Positions 1-14,074 of a stretch of 64,000 nt of DNA are shown piece after piece (position 1 is the stretch's first letter; every line of letters begins with the position of its first letter). Source of the DNA: Lingula anatina (taxonomy: Eukaryota > Animalia > Brachiopoda); assembly GCA_051362555.1 (NCBI GenBank), contig CM120640.1, positions 71,774,788 through 71,838,787 of the forward strand. Direction: 5' to 3'. The notes under the pieces were generated by a model. The model did no database searches. It was not told the DNA's origin and was given only the letters and a program-made list of their open reading frames with translations. A program made the position numbers and the translations under genes.

Positions 1-43
1 TAACAGTGTTATTTACACGACTCTGCTTCAGTCGCCCGGTGAT

Positions 44-215
44 CAGTGCCTCGACCAACTGCTTCAAGGAATGGTTCACGGTATCAGTGGCAAGGTTTCA
101 GTGCCTCGACCAACTGCTTCAAGGAATTATTCACGGTATTGATGGCAAGGTTTCAGTGCCTCGACCAACTGCTTCAAGGAATTGTTCACGGTCTCGATGG
201 CAAGGTTTCTGTGCC
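44..215. repeat. 55-bp tandem repeat, ~3 copies
   Basis: CAGTGCCTCGACCAACTGCTTCAAGGAAT recurs at 44, 99 and 154. Confidence 0.85.
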
Positions 216-839
216 CGATGCAATGCATTTAATTATATGCATTTCCAAGTGAAACCCCAGCACTCAGAAAATACTGAACATCTAAAGAACAGTCGAAGGT
301 CAGATGGGCACCTTTCACTACTCATAAAACTGATAATGTGAAAACATACTGTAAAAGTCGTTATTAGTCGCATCGTTTTACATTTCAAAAAAGATAACGT
401 TCTCAGCCTTTCTGCGAATTTACCCCAAGTTCCGTTAGGTAGCATGATTGAAATATGAGCAGAAAAAAAAAGAATTGAAATTGTGAGCCATTACACTTTA
501 AAACCAAAGTTTAACATTCACTACAGTACAGGTATTTCCGTATTCATAGATTCCAAGTCATGTTTCTATCGTTCTCCGGTAATTTCCATACGCTGTGTAG
601 CGTGACAGTGAATAGCTGGGGGCTGGAACGCGGTGAGAGGACGCTGTAGAGAACAGACTGTTAAGGGGAGAGAAGGTAACAGAGATACAAACGAGAAGAA
701 GAACTTATACTATATCTTGGACATAATCACCTCATTTTGTCCATACGTCATTTTGTCCATGCCCGTATTGATAGCAGAGAAAGAGCGTCAGAACTAGATA
801 GACTTAGAGCAGAAAGGACTTTGAAGACAAGCCAGCGCT

Positions 840-842
<3 letters not shown>

Positions 843-872
<30 letters not shown>
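843..872. repeat. (GA)n microsatellite
   Basis: Direct reading. Confidence 0.95.
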
Positions 873-875
<3 letters not shown>

Positions 876-2195
876 GCAACGAATTCTACTGGAACTGTTT
901 GAGTCTTAAGTAACAACAAAGGAAAGTGCCGAAAAACGTGCTAGAAAGAGCAGCAAAGGTGAGAAAACACCGCTTAAAGGGATAATAACTGTTCGTTTTG
1001 GCCAAAATTGAATTTTTCCGGAGTAAACAACAATTTTCCCATACTTACCAGTGGTTAACGAATCCATTTCTATATTCAAAACTAGTTCCAGTTTTTTTTT
1101 TCCAAAAAAAGTTTGGTTTTATGATATATTCTCTTAAGAGATTATTACAGAGTATAGCCATCTATAGAGGCCACGTGGTCTGATTACAAGCTCAGATATC
1201 AGAATTTTAGCTATAACTGCCGTTTTTGTGGTAAAACAGAATATATTATATTTCTATGCGTTGTTTACAATATTTTTATTGTGAAATATAGATCTCATAC
1301 GAAGAGTTATTATCCCTTTAAGCACCAAGCTTAGGTAGGCAGAAGACACCTGATGAAAACACCTCTTAATCTCCCGAATTAGCAATGTTTGTTTTCGAAA
1401 ACAATCATGCTTTTAAAGCCTGTTTGTGTTATAATTTCGTTTACAAAATTTTATAAAATTTCTTATCTTGTGGAAACCCTTCACGAATTTTTACAGAGAG
1501 AGAACCCTTGACTGTGTACGTATTATATCTAATGTTGATCATCTGTTTGCTGAAGCTAGTAATATCAATATTTATTAGTTTTCTTAGTGATTTCTCCATT
1601 ACATAATGGTTCCACCTGTATCTAATTGAATCTCTTCCTCCCGGCTCCAGTGATATAGGAGGACAATAAATGCGTGACAAGGACGTACATATTTAATAGC
1701 GCCTGGTCAATATTTGTGAACACTTGAGTGAGTCTGGGTAGGTTGATATAAGAGCCATCAAACTGAGAGGAGATCTCCTAGGCGAAGGCAGCAATCATTT
1801 CATATTGATACATAGACGATAGAACAGATTTAGAAATAATAATGCATTGACAACCATGGCTCTGTATGACATCGTACAAAATACGACAATGCACGTCTAA
1901 ACTACGTTGCCTTGGCAACAGGCGGGGGTTTACTGAGGATTTTTCCGAAGCGTTCGAGCACTTGCGTAGGCAGATTGAAAATATATAGTTCATGGTAGAA
2001 AAACTTATCAACGATTAACATTGTTGGATTCAACCTTCGAACGTGAAAAAATATAACCAACACTGTAGAATAGAAGCGATGTGTGACGCTGAACCTGTAC
2101 GACAAAACGGCGGGTTTTACAGCGAATAAATCCATCTGAATTGGAAAACTAGGAGATAAAAGCTTTTAGTTCTGTCACTCTAGCCAACCTAAGCC

Positions 2196-5100
2196 ATGCG
2201 GCCGCCGGCAACTAGTCCGCCAGAAGTTCTGGGTGTACGCCTGAAGCCCAAGTTACTGGCGCCCCCGGTACAGCCCACGTTACCTTTGCCCGTTACCCAC
2301 ATCTCTCAGGACTTGATCAGGGAGTTCCCACACACCAAGAAAGTCGGAAATTACTTGATTGGGAAAACACTGGGAAGAGGCTCGTTCGCTAAGGTGAAGC
2401 TTGGACTCCATCTTCTAACCGGAGAAAAGGTACGAACGTTGGCAAGAATAATAATAATGTTGTCAGGGGACGTAAATTGCGAAAACTTCATCAAAATTCA
2501 TCCACAATGTTGCATATGTTGTTGATACATTAATTAACTCATTCATATCATATTCATAATAGATTCAAGTCTGACCTTTTGTTACCTGGTCCCCTTGCGA
2601 CAGTTTCTGAAATTTTCCCCACAGTATTGTTGTTGACAGACAAACAGATTCTAAAACGTGACTTCCTTTTCGGAGAAATAAATGAATTGCATCTTTAAAA
2701 CAAATGCACCTTTAAAACTACAGCCTTAGTGCTGTGTCCATGAATATAAAGCCTGGTGTATTGTAAACGGCAGTTTATTATTTCTTTCAAGATATTTCTT
2801 ATAAGTTTACAACTTCGTAAGCTGTAAACGCTCAAGACTACAGCAAACGCAGACAGATTATTAGCGGCAAATGTCCGCTGATATAATGAAGTCATTTGTA
2901 ATTAACATCAACATTGGGGTTACTATGGGGAAGACGAAATCCAGTCGGTCTCGGTAAACATATACGTTTTTTAAACAAATAAACATATAAGTAATCTTCT
3001 TTACTTTCACTTATAGCTTTTAAAAAGGGGCATTACTGAAATTTTTGGCATATGTAAATCATATAGAATGACATATATATTGCATAGGCCGAAAGTTTTT
3101 TCTTGTCAATAACGCAATGTAAATCCATCATAAAACTAGGTTTACTTTGGTTAAAATTGCTTTTTTTGACAAAAATATGATCAGCAAATGCATGATACCC
3201 ACCAATTTTTTCACGACTGCTCCTCAATACACCTTGCAAATGCATAGATTAGATATAATATCAAAAACAAATATCACTCTTGTCATAAAATCTTATTTTT
3301 TCTGGTTACTATATGGATCTGAAGTACTTACAACATGTTAACGCACATAAGCGGGGTTATCTACAAGAATTTCGGTGTGAGGAGGCACTTAAGGGCGTCG
3401 ATAAGAGACAAAACAACTCATTTTTCAGTGTTGTCAAATGCATCATGCAATATGCCAAGCATGTCTCAACTATTACAATACTTAAAAAAATAAGACTACC
3501 TGTTTTGTTGTCTTTATGGCGTTTGCTCAAGGTTGCTGATCAGCGCATGGTACTTTCATATGTCACAGTGTCTGTTCTAGGTTGCAGTAAAGTGTATAGA
3601 CAAGAAAAAGACAAGAGAAGATTCTTATGTTCGCAAGCACCTACGCAGAGAGGGGAAGATCATGTCCCTGTTACGCCATCCTCACATCGTCCAGTTGTAC
3701 GAGGTGATGGAAACGCCAAACACGTACTACCTGGTGACAGAGCTGTGTCAGGGAGGGGATCTCATGGACCATATTGTTAGCAGAGGAAGGTTGAGCGAGA
3801 AGGAAGTTCGTCTACATATGAGACATGTAGTGTCTGCCTTGGATCACATGCACAAGGCAGGAGTTATTCACAGGTAACCCCTCATAAAAACTTTTTTTTA
3901 TTAAAAAAATATTTTATAAAAAGAGAAAAAATTAAAGAATCAATGTAAAAAAAAACAAAAACAAAACAAATAACACACGTTTTTCTTTACATTGTGCGTA
4001 TATATCATTGTCACCTCATCACTACGGAATTAAGCAAATGCTACGGACCAGTAATCGTAAACCAGTAAATTATGTCAAATTTGAACTTTTTAACCTTAAA
4101 ATGTTAGACTGTTACATGTAAAATGAAAATGGCCTCACAGTGCACCTATCCAGATGTTATTTTCAAATAGAGAATTATATATTTTGTTTTTCTTTCAGAG
4201 ACCTGAAGATAGAAAACTTTCTACTTGATGAAAAGAAGGAGATTAAGATAATTGGCAAGTCTAAATGATAAACAATGAAAGACAACAAATGATAGTTTTA
4301 TGTTAGCTACAGGAGTTGAATGTTGCAAGCTTTTTCTTAATTTTTACTTAAAGCCAATATCAGATATCCAAAGGCATGTCATATAGCATCATCATCACTG
4401 GCAAACCCAACCTACAAGAAGGGGGGTCACCTGTAAAATGCTTTATTTTTTAAAGCTTAATGAATACATCACTTTGTGCATGTAAACAAACAACTTGATG
4501 GTTATCAAAAACATGATTAAAAGTTACTCACAGATTTTTTAAAGTCAATAAAAAATTATCATTAATTTCCAGACTTTGGACTCAGTAACTGTTTTCTAAA
4601 CAGTGGTTGTCATGACAACCGTGCAATGGCAGCCATGTGCAGCACTCAGTGTGGAAGTCCAGCTTACGCTGCTCCAGAGCTGCTGGCTCAGAAACGCTAT
4701 GGACCACAAGTGGATGTGTGGGGAATGTGAGTAGACAGCATAAGGGAACCATTATCATTTGAACAAAATATATGTAATTTGATTGGTTAAAGGTGCACAG
4801 TGTAGGACTTTTTTTTTTTTTGCAAAAATAACTTGTATTTACCTTGGGTAAAGTGTATTTTCTCCCTACCAAACCTTTGATCCTCCTTTCTCTACACTTC
4901 CCATAACTTGAAAATAAAAGAGTCCTTAACCCATGCTCAAGTTATGGTTTTTCAAATCCGTCATGACTTTGAGCTCAATTTTCACTCTGGATTATGATTT
5001 AAAACTGTGTCAAGATGGTTGACTGGAAGCAAAGTTCATTTGGAGATAGTGACTATTATTGCTAGCTGTACATTTACTGCATGGTATATTTATAAGTTCA

Positions 5101-8100
5101 ACACATAGTGGTATAGGTACTTGTAGTTAACCATGTGTTATAAAATTATTGCTAGCTGTGCATTAATTGCATGGTAAATTTATAAGTTCAACACAAAGTG
5201 GTATAGGTACTTGTAGTTAGCCATGTGTTATAAAATTATTGCTAGCTGTGCATTAATTGCATGGTATATTTATAAGTTCAACACAAAGTGGTATAGGTAC
5301 TTGTAGTTAACCATGTGTTATAAAATTATTGCTAGCTGTGCATTAATTGCATGGTATATTTTTAAGTTCAACACAAAGTGGTATAGGTACTTGTAGTTAA
5401 CCATGTGTTATAAAATTATTGCTAGCTGTGCATTAATTGCATGGTATATTTATAAGTTCAACACAAAGTGGTATAGGTACTTGTAGTTAACCATGTGTTA
5501 TAAAATTCTTAAAATCTTATAAAAATCTATAAAATGACCAGCACAAGAATTTCAAAGAAATATGATGACAAATATTTATTGGATTAAAATCTAAAATATA
5601 AATGAAGCAGAAGTATATAGAATAGCACCTCAGTAAAATACACAAAGTGAAGTGTACCAAGCCTGTTACAGTTTTGATCAGTATTACCATGAACCTGTTG
5701 GGATCTAATCCATGACAGATTACGTTATTCTATCATATACTATACAATTGTGCAGTAAGACAGCATTACTTTGGTTACACTTGTAACACTTAATTCTACA
5801 GGCTAGTTCCCTGATGTAACATTAAAGTAAAATCTTTCATACCGTTAGCTTATGGGGTGGAGGTTGAACTAGCTGACATTTATAAGAGTGTCGTGGTCGC
5901 CATACCACCTATAGTTGTCAGTGAGCAGGGTTGGCCATAAGCTAACGGTATGAAAAATTTTTGGCTTGTGTTTGATAATTTTCATTTCTGAAAATATGGT
6001 CATTGTATTTTAGCAGCTTTATGTTTATTTGTGTATCACAGCAAAGACCTTAAGCAATATGATAGCATCTTACTCTCTTCATCACTTTGCAGAATTCTGC
6101 TTGATTATTGACCTGTTGTCTCTGAGAATAGACTTTCCAAGGCATGTATTTCCAGGGGCGTCAACATGTATGCCATGCTAACAGGCAATCTCCCATTCTC
6201 CTGTGAACCCTTCAACATTAAGAATTTGCTGGTGAAGATGTTGAATGGAGAAATGAATCCTGTTCCTGGACATGTTTCAAAAGGTATTATTCTTTAGCAC
6301 AGGTACATTTATTCCAACTTTCCCCTTTTATACACAACCTGATCCATCTCTCCTAACACAATATCTCACCTAATGCAATGTCACAACTTATATACATGTC
6401 ATCCATTTCAATATCACACCTAACACAATATAAAAATTATTATTTCAACAATCACAATATCACACCTTGTGTAATGTAGCAACTCACATCTCACCAGTCA
6501 CAATATCACACCTTGTGTGATGTCACAACTCACCATGTCACAATATCACAACTTATGTAATGTCACAACTCACATCTCACCAGTCACAATATCACACCTT
6601 GTGTAATGTCACAACTCACAACTTGCCAATCACAATGTCACACCTTGTGTAATGTCACAAATCACCAATCACAATATCTCACCTTGTGTACTGTCACATC
6701 TCACCAATCACAATGTCACACCTTGTGTAATATGTCACAACTCACATCTCACCAATCACAATATCTCACCTTGTGTAATGTCACATCTCACCAATCACAA
6801 TGTCACACCTTGTGTAGTCACAACTCACATCTCACCAATCACAATGTCACACCTTGTGTAATGTCACAACTCACATCTCACCAATCACAATGTCACACCT
6901 TGTGTAATGTCACAACTCACATCTCACCAATTACAAAATCTCACCTTGTGTAATGTCACAACTCACATCTCACCAATCACAATATCACACCTTGTGTAAT
7001 ATGTCACAACTCACAACTTGCCAATCACAATGTCACACCTTGTGTAATGTCACAAATTACCAATCACAATGTCACACCTTGTGTAATGTCACAACTCACA
7101 TCTCATCAATCACAATCACACCTTGTGTAATGTCACAACTCACATCTCACCAATCACAATGTCACACCTTGTGTAATGTCACAACTCACCAATCACAATG
7201 TCACACCTTGTGTAATGTCGCATCTCACCAATCACAATGTCACACCTTGTGTAATGTCACAACTCACCAATCACAATGTCACACCTTGTGTAATATCACA
7301 ACTCACATCTCACCAATCACAATGTCACACCTTGTGTAATGTCACAACTCACATCTCACCAATCACAATGTCACACCTTGTGTAATGTCACAACTCACAT
7401 CTCTCCAATCACAATGTCACACCTTGTGTAATGTCACACCTCACATCTCACCAATCACAATGTCACACCTTGTGTAATGTCACAACTCACCAGTCACCAA
7501 TCACAATGTCACACCTTGAGTAATGTCACAACTCACATCTCACCAATCACAATGTCACACCTTGTGTAATGTCACAACTCACCAGTCACCAATCACAATG
7601 TCACACCTTGTGTAATGTCACAACTCACCAGTCACCAATCACAATGTCACACCTTGTGTAATGTCACAACTCACCAGTCACCAATCACAATGTCACACCT
7701 TGTGTAATGTCACAACTCACCAGTCACCAATCACAATGTCACACCTTGTGTAATGTCATAACTCACCAGTCACCAATCACAATGTCACACCTTGTGTAAT
7801 GTCACAACTCACCAGTCACCAATCACAATGTCACACCTTGTGTAATGTCACAACTCACCAGTCACCAATCACAATGTCACACCTTGTGAAATGTCACAAC
7901 TCACATCTCACCAATCACAATGTCACACCTTGTGTAATGTCACAACTCACCAGTCACCAATCACATTAAGTCAAAACTGTTATATTATGTCATTTTTAAT
8001 ATGTTTCTGATTCACCTGCATGTGTCATCATCATCACCTTTGAGGCACATAAACATATAACATAGATTGAAATAAAGTGTACAGGAATGTTAAATTATTG

Positions 8101-11100
8101 CCACTATACATGATCAAATGCCATCACTTAGTTAAGTAACTTAAATAAAAGTTTTGCTGCATTATTTTCTTTTCTTTATTTTTTTGTTTCATTATGAACT
8201 GGAGCGTTATTTCTAAAGGGTGATTCTGTTTTGTTTCTGAAAGGTTGCAAAGACTTCTTAACAAAGCTGCTGGTCCCAGATCCAAATAAAAGAATGACAT
8301 TGGAACAAGCAATGATCCATCCCTGGCTCAGTGAAAGTGGTAAGTTAAGTAGTTCCATATAGTGATAATGACATTGGAACAAGCAATGATCCATCCCTGG
8401 CTCAGTGAAAGTGGTAAGTTAAGTAGTTCCATATAGTGATAATGACATTGGAACAAGCAATGATCCATCCCTGGCTCAGTGAAAGTGGTAAGTTAAGTAG
8501 TTCCATATAGTGATAATGATAACAGGAAGATGAAAGTCACAGGTGTATTATGGTGACAGCAACATGTCCGCGCAAATTTAGCAATAAATAAAAATTACAA
8601 ACAGGCTCGATATATGGACACTGTTATATACTTTTAGGATGGATAATGCATTACTACTTTCCAGATATGCGGTCAAAATGTTTACGTACAAATTGCTGTG
8701 AGGAAATCCAACCTTGACAACCAGTTTCAATCATTTAATGTTCTCTCATTGTTTGCTCAGGTACATTTTGCCTATTTCTGGAGAGTCCCACTCTAATATC
8801 AAACCAAGACAAAGGATTCTTGAACTGAACTTCTCTATCAGATTAATGAACAAGCCTACTTTACCTCTTTAGACTTTACAAAAAGTATTATAAGAAATCA
8901 CAGACTACAAACAAAGACATTGCAAGGGTTATCGAAATTGCTGGTTAATTTTCAAATGTCCCCAACAGCTGTGTGAAAGGCATGATAGATAGAAAATAAT
9001 ATCTGTACTGCCTCCAGAATCAGATTGTGTACAAATTAATATCATATTTAACTTCAATCTTTGGAAAACATTAAAGGAATTATTATGCATAATTTTTGCT
9101 TAAATTAGAGTGACCAATCTATGACAGGTGATACTTAAAAAGTTTTAAAAATGAACTCTGGCACAAATATCAAATTATCATGTAGCACCATGTCATGTAA
9201 GCTGCAATCGATTGTCTTTGTTATATTTTAGACATTGGCAATCCTTTGCCTCTCATATCCAGACAACATCATAAGCTGTGCTCTCAAGAACTGAGTGAGA
9301 AGATACTTCAGTACATGTGCACTCAACTGGGGTGTAAACTAGGAGAGACAATCAAAATGGTGACTTGCAATATTCCTCATAGTTCCACATCAACCTATCA
9401 CTTGTTGACACAGCGGTTAGCTAGACATCAGGCAGAAACTGAGGTGAATGGGAAAATTGCTGCAGCTGAAAGAAAGATGACAGGGCGAGTAAGAGCATAT
9501 CATATCAAGAGAGCCCCTGGGATGAAAGATTCCATGACAGTGCCTCATCATGCCAGCCCCAGGTGCTCCACACCAAAACAGGTAGACTGGAACCACCTCT
9601 TCACCCAATACAGTTGCATTTCAGCTTTTATCACACTTAACACACCTGTACACCTACTTTTATCACTTCTAGTACAATGGCACAGTAACTTATATCACAC
9701 CTGTCACAATGGTACAATGACTTCTGTCACAACTAACAGATTGGTACACTTACTGCCGTCATACCTAACACAATGGTACTCCAACTTCTGTCACACCTAA
9801 CACAGTGGTACACCAACTTGTGTAACACATAACACAATGGCACACCAACTTGTGTAACACATAACACAATGGCACAGTGATATCTATCACAACTAACACA
9901 ATGGCACACCTACTTAACAATAGCAGTATAACATCTAACACACCGGCTCGCTTATCATTGTAACCTATTACACATTGGCTTATGCCAGAATCATTTTCGA
10001 AAAAACGACACTAATTTCTGGCTGCCAGAATCGCTTTTGAAAAAAGACAACCAGTGAATATGATGCTGTTTTGCGTCGCTAGCCAATAGTGCCGATTGTT
10101 ATCTAGCAAATTGGGCCGTACACATAGTAATCAGGTGAAAGTATGTGTATCCCTTGGATCATAATTACTGACATTAACCTTTTATACAATATTGTAACTG
10201 ACACAGAGATCACTGAGAAAATCAACTTTCAGTCAAAAATGACAGAACTTTAGAAAATCTGAACATCTGAGCACCTCCCATTTCATGAATTTTGACCATG
10301 ACGATCTTTTCCTCTTTTTCAATTAATTTCTTCTGTATGAAATTCATGGCACATTACTCGTACTACAGAGTAAGATATATAAGAATAAATAAAAAAGGTT
10401 TTATTAATTGTTTTCTTCATTTGTTTATTGGCTTCATTACAGCCCAGTCCAGAAATGTCCAAGCAAACAGTTAGCATGATGACCACAGGACAGCTGCTTG
10501 ACCACCTCTACTATCCTAGGGCAGTGTTCAAGGGAAAACCTGTCAAAGCTTCAAAGACTGGAGAGGAATCTCCTAGTGCCATATTCAAGGAAAGGCCTGT
10601 TAAAGCTTCAAAGACTGGTGAAGAAACTCCTAGTGCCATACTCAAGGAAAGGCCTGCCAATGCTTCAAAGACTGGAGAGGAATCTCCTAGTGCCATATTC
10701 AAGGAAAGGCCTGTCAATGCTTCAATAACTGCTGAAGAAACTCCTAGTGCGGTACTCAAGGAAAAGCATGTCATACCTTCAAAGACTGAAGATGAAAGTC
10801 TGGAGAAGAAGGGGGTGGTGCCGTTCACACAGGGTCTGGTTACACTTGAGAGCTGTAAGGCAAGCCAAGATACCTTACCAAACCTAGTGTCTGCTAAATC
10901 AGAAGAAACTGAAACAAATATCAAGGAGATACCTTCTAAAGCAGACCTATCAAAGCAAATTACTCACAAATTTGACAGGTGGAGATACAAAAAAAATTTA
11001 CCTTCCTCAAAACCATTGATTAAAGTTGCTACAAAGAGTGCTAATCCAACACATTTATCAGGTACCAATGGAAAAAGTGTGTTTGATGAACCAGTCGTCA

Positions 11101-11360
11101 CAGTCAGTCCTTTTATCTGCCCCAGATCCGGGTTATCCTCTAGAGGTCGCAGGACAAGTGATCCGCAGACGTACTGGACATCACATGACTTCCATGGTGG
11201 AGAAAGAAAACTTGTGTCAAGTCAACCATCTCAAAATGGAGGGAAATATGCCAGGAATTCCACATTCAATGAACTGCCAGAGGTTGTGAAAAAATATTCC
11301 ACACTAACAAATCATGAAATAACACATTTAAAAAAGAGGTTGAAATCTCCAAGATACTAA
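2196..11360 (+). CDS. HUNK: HUNK-like (AMPK/SNF1-related) Ser/Thr kinase, 8 coding exons, 742 aa
   Basis: Exons 2196-2429, 3581-3873, 4199-4254, 4573-4726, 6156-6283, 8244-8339, 9232-9581, 10443-11360 join in frame (2229 nt). Motifs: GRGSFAKV, VAVK, HRDLKIEN, DFGLSN, STQCGSPAYAAPE, DVWGMGVNMYAMLTG, HPWL. FPHTKKVGNYLIG, YVRKHLRREG and the post-kinase helical segment (ILQYMCTQLG...STYHLL) are HUNK-typical. All introns GT-AG except intron 3 (GC-AG). Confidence 0.88.
5056..5507. repeat. 90-bp intronic tandem repeat, 5 copies
   Basis: GCTAGCTG recurs at 5061, 5151, 5241, 5331, 5421; near-identical units. Confidence 0.95.
6450..7965. repeat. Intronic minisatellite, 35-49-bp variant units (CACAATGTCACACCTTGTGTAATGTCACAACTCACATCTCACCAAT)
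   Basis: More than 30 tandem units; explains the repetitive ORFs at 6606-7385. Confidence 0.95.
8293..8519 (+). repeat. 74-bp tandem triplication spanning HUNK exon 6 end and its splice donor
   Basis: AATGACATTGGAACAAGC...GAAAGTG|GTAAGT...GTGAT at 8293, 8367, 8441; identical copies. Confidence 0.95.
9980..10360 (+). mobile_element. Solo right end of the TA-target TIR element found at 28907-32111
   Basis: Colinear with 31712-32111 (GCCAGAATCGCTTTTGAAAAA ... TCTGAGCACCTCC ... GAAATTCATGGCACATTAC). Confidence 0.8.
10525..10795 (+). repeat. 57-bp (19-aa) coding repeat in last kinase exon, ~4.5 copies
   Basis: FKERPVKASKTGEESPSAI-type units; TCAAAGACTG at 10551 and 10608. Confidence 0.9.
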
Positions 11361-12383
11361 AAAAACTAACTGAAGGAGAAAACATTGTATAATCCTTAAT
11401 TCTTGGACAGTCACATACTGAAACAGAAATGCTGCAACTAACTAATAATACAACCAAGTACGTAAACCATGAAATCATTTATTGTGACAGAAAATACAGC
11501 ATGGTTGACAATACAACTGAGTATACATGCATGGAAAGCATCTTAAATACCAGTTGGTGTGCTTCATTTTTTATCCTAGTCCTGTTGTGCTCTTCTGATA
11601 TGATAAACGCTAAATGCTGAAAAATGCTCAATGTCTTGGAAGTAGCAACCAATACAAGCTAATTTTGATTCTCTTGGCCTGAAGAATGCATTTCAGCAAA
11701 AAAAAAAAAAAAAAGCTTACAGGAAAAAACATTGCAGGTTTTGCGTTCTGGCCACCTGACTAAATGCTAAACTGGTCTTTTCATTCTTATATCAGTTTAT
11801 CTCATGTGAACTCCTCTTTTTTTCTGATTTCAGAATTTTTACCAAATGTTTTCCAAGTTTACTAGTATTTATTGCCTTGATGTTACAGGACAGATTGCAT
11901 GGTGGAAGGAAAATTGCACCATAAAATCAGGATCACAATGAAAATGGTATAATAAGATGGCTGTTGTCATTTACAACAGGAACATTTACATTTGCTTCTT
12001 TCACAAGTGAAGCTTAATGTGACATATAATGGAGACTGACAATATTGCACAGTTGTGTTTACAAATGTACATACTACTGACTGACATGAACATGTTCTGC
12101 TTGCTTGGATAGAATAGAATGGTAAAATAGTAATAAACTGGGAGTTTTAAAAAGCACTGCAGTCAATCTTTGTCTTGATTAAGAGATCTTTATTAACAAA
12201 ATAATATAGACATATATACATATAACACATGGTACGAACATTTTACTTTACATGAGCAATGACGTGCTGAACAAACAAACTCTGAAGGATACCGTTATTT
12301 TGATATTAAAGTTCAATGGTTTCAGTAAGTTATACATTTCACATCTATAAATTAAATTTCATCTAAATTAATCCTTATCATAT

Positions 12384-12439
12384 ATAATATAATATAATAT
12401 AATATAATATAATATAATATAATATAATATAATATAATA
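12384..12439. repeat. (TAATA)n microsatellite
   Basis: Direct reading. Confidence 0.95.
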
Positions 12440-12919
12440 GGGCTAATGAAAGCATACATGTACTGGTAAGCATGGGGCTTATCACAATTTATTGTGCGTC
12501 ATGTAAAATATGATTCCACATCACTGTGTAGTGACATAATAGGCTCTAGAGAGAGATACCCACATAGCTCAGCTTCATTTATTGGACCATTTCTCAGCAA
12601 AGCAGACATGTAGTTCTAAGCTACATGAAATTTATATTTCTGCAGTGTTTATGAGCTTTTTTAGTGCTTCTGCAAGTCTGCTTATTCAAAGTTAATACAG
12701 TGATATGGGGTATAATACCCATTAATACAAGTTAATCACAATAAATGCACAAAATCGTGCTGGCTACTATACCCGTGTGTTGTGTGTAGTGTTACAGGCA
12801 CTGTTCTATGGCTAAATCTGCATACATTGTTACTGCACTTCAATGAATGTGCGCAAAAGTGTACAATAACTGTGCAGTAAAAGTAAATTGAGCATGGTAG
12901 AAGTTTTATCCAGACAAAC

Positions 12920-13490
12920 ATGGCGGATAAAATTTCTGAATGTAGTGAACAGCCCAAAAATTCAATTTCAAAAAACTAGTTAAGTTATTATAAGAGAGTC
13001 TAGACCAAAACAAAAGACTGACAATGAGATTAAAACACAACCATAATGGGCTGTCAGTGCGTCAAAGGAAATCTCTAATAATGAGGAGACATAAGTGCCC
13101 AAACCACGTGCTTCGGCTCGCACATCCAAGGACACCTCGAATGAAGGGAATGCTGATCTTTTAGGACAGATTCTCCAAAAAAATGGAGCAAATGCATAAA
13201 CAGGTTAATGCGTCCTTTGGAAGTAGACAAAGACGATATGTTGGCCCACAGCGACGAGGAGTCACTAGATATGGATGTGGAAATTGACAAACTGTTGACA
13301 AATGCTGAGTGCGACAGTAAAACGGAAGGAAATGTTATTATTGAAAAGATTTCTCAAGAACTGATTGATGAAGACGCGACATCTCCCAGTATTATGCCAG
13401 AATTGGCTGACATTCTCAACAAAATCATGTTAAAAAGTATTTCAAACGAGAAAATCAAAGAACAGTTAGAGAAGTTTCATCTCCAGGGAA
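12920..13490 (+). mobile_element. Degenerate DIRS-like retrotransposon ORF1 (gag-like) fragment
   Basis: Acidic linker followed by TSPSIMPELADILNKIMLKSISNEKIKEQLEKF, resembling invertebrate DIRS ORF1; upstream stops, truncated. Recognition from memory only. Confidence 0.4.
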
Positions 13491-14074
13491 CTTGGGGAGC
13501 TGAAAGGGAAATGGAACTTTGTGGTAAGAGGAGGATTGTGTTTATCAGATTCAGTTTCTGGAACATTAAACATATTTTTTGACTAATATCTAGTCAAGCT
13601 GAAGGCCATTGTGAGCAAATGTCATTTTACATAGACAACATGACAAAAGACAAAAGGCTGTAGGAGAGGCTATTGAGGGAGAAAAGAATATGTATGACTG
13701 TACCTACTTTTTAAATTCTAAACAAGTGAGTGTACAGTTTTAAAAGATCTATTAATTGTAATACTGAACTAGCATAATAGCACTGTTAAATTACAATAGC
13801 CCACCAGTCTTTACAAATGTTTTCTGTCTTAATATGAGTGAAACCAGTGAGGTGAATGACCATGACAGGAAGGGCTCTGAACCAAGAGATAAACGCCTAT
13901 TTTCAGAATTTTGTAACTCTACTGGCGAAGCGTCACATTTCATCATGAACAAATTATCGGTAATCAGAACTGAATAAAAGCAAACAATAAAGAAAGAGAA
14001 GTAGGTCGAGTGAAAAATATGGTGGAAGAAATGGTGAAAGGTATGACAGAAATGATAGAGTAAACTAACTGTTG

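Noticed and set aside
560-1760. Candidate HUNK 5' UTR exons and short uORF (donor-like sites near 958 and 1737)
   Set aside because: Cannot be supported without transcript data.
6606-7385. Cys/His-rich repetitive ORFs resembling zinc fingers
   Set aside because: Translations of an intronic minisatellite, open in several frames, with no splice context.
10511-10924. Minus-strand 137-aa ORF
   Set aside because: Antisense shadow of the coding repeat in HUNK exon 8.
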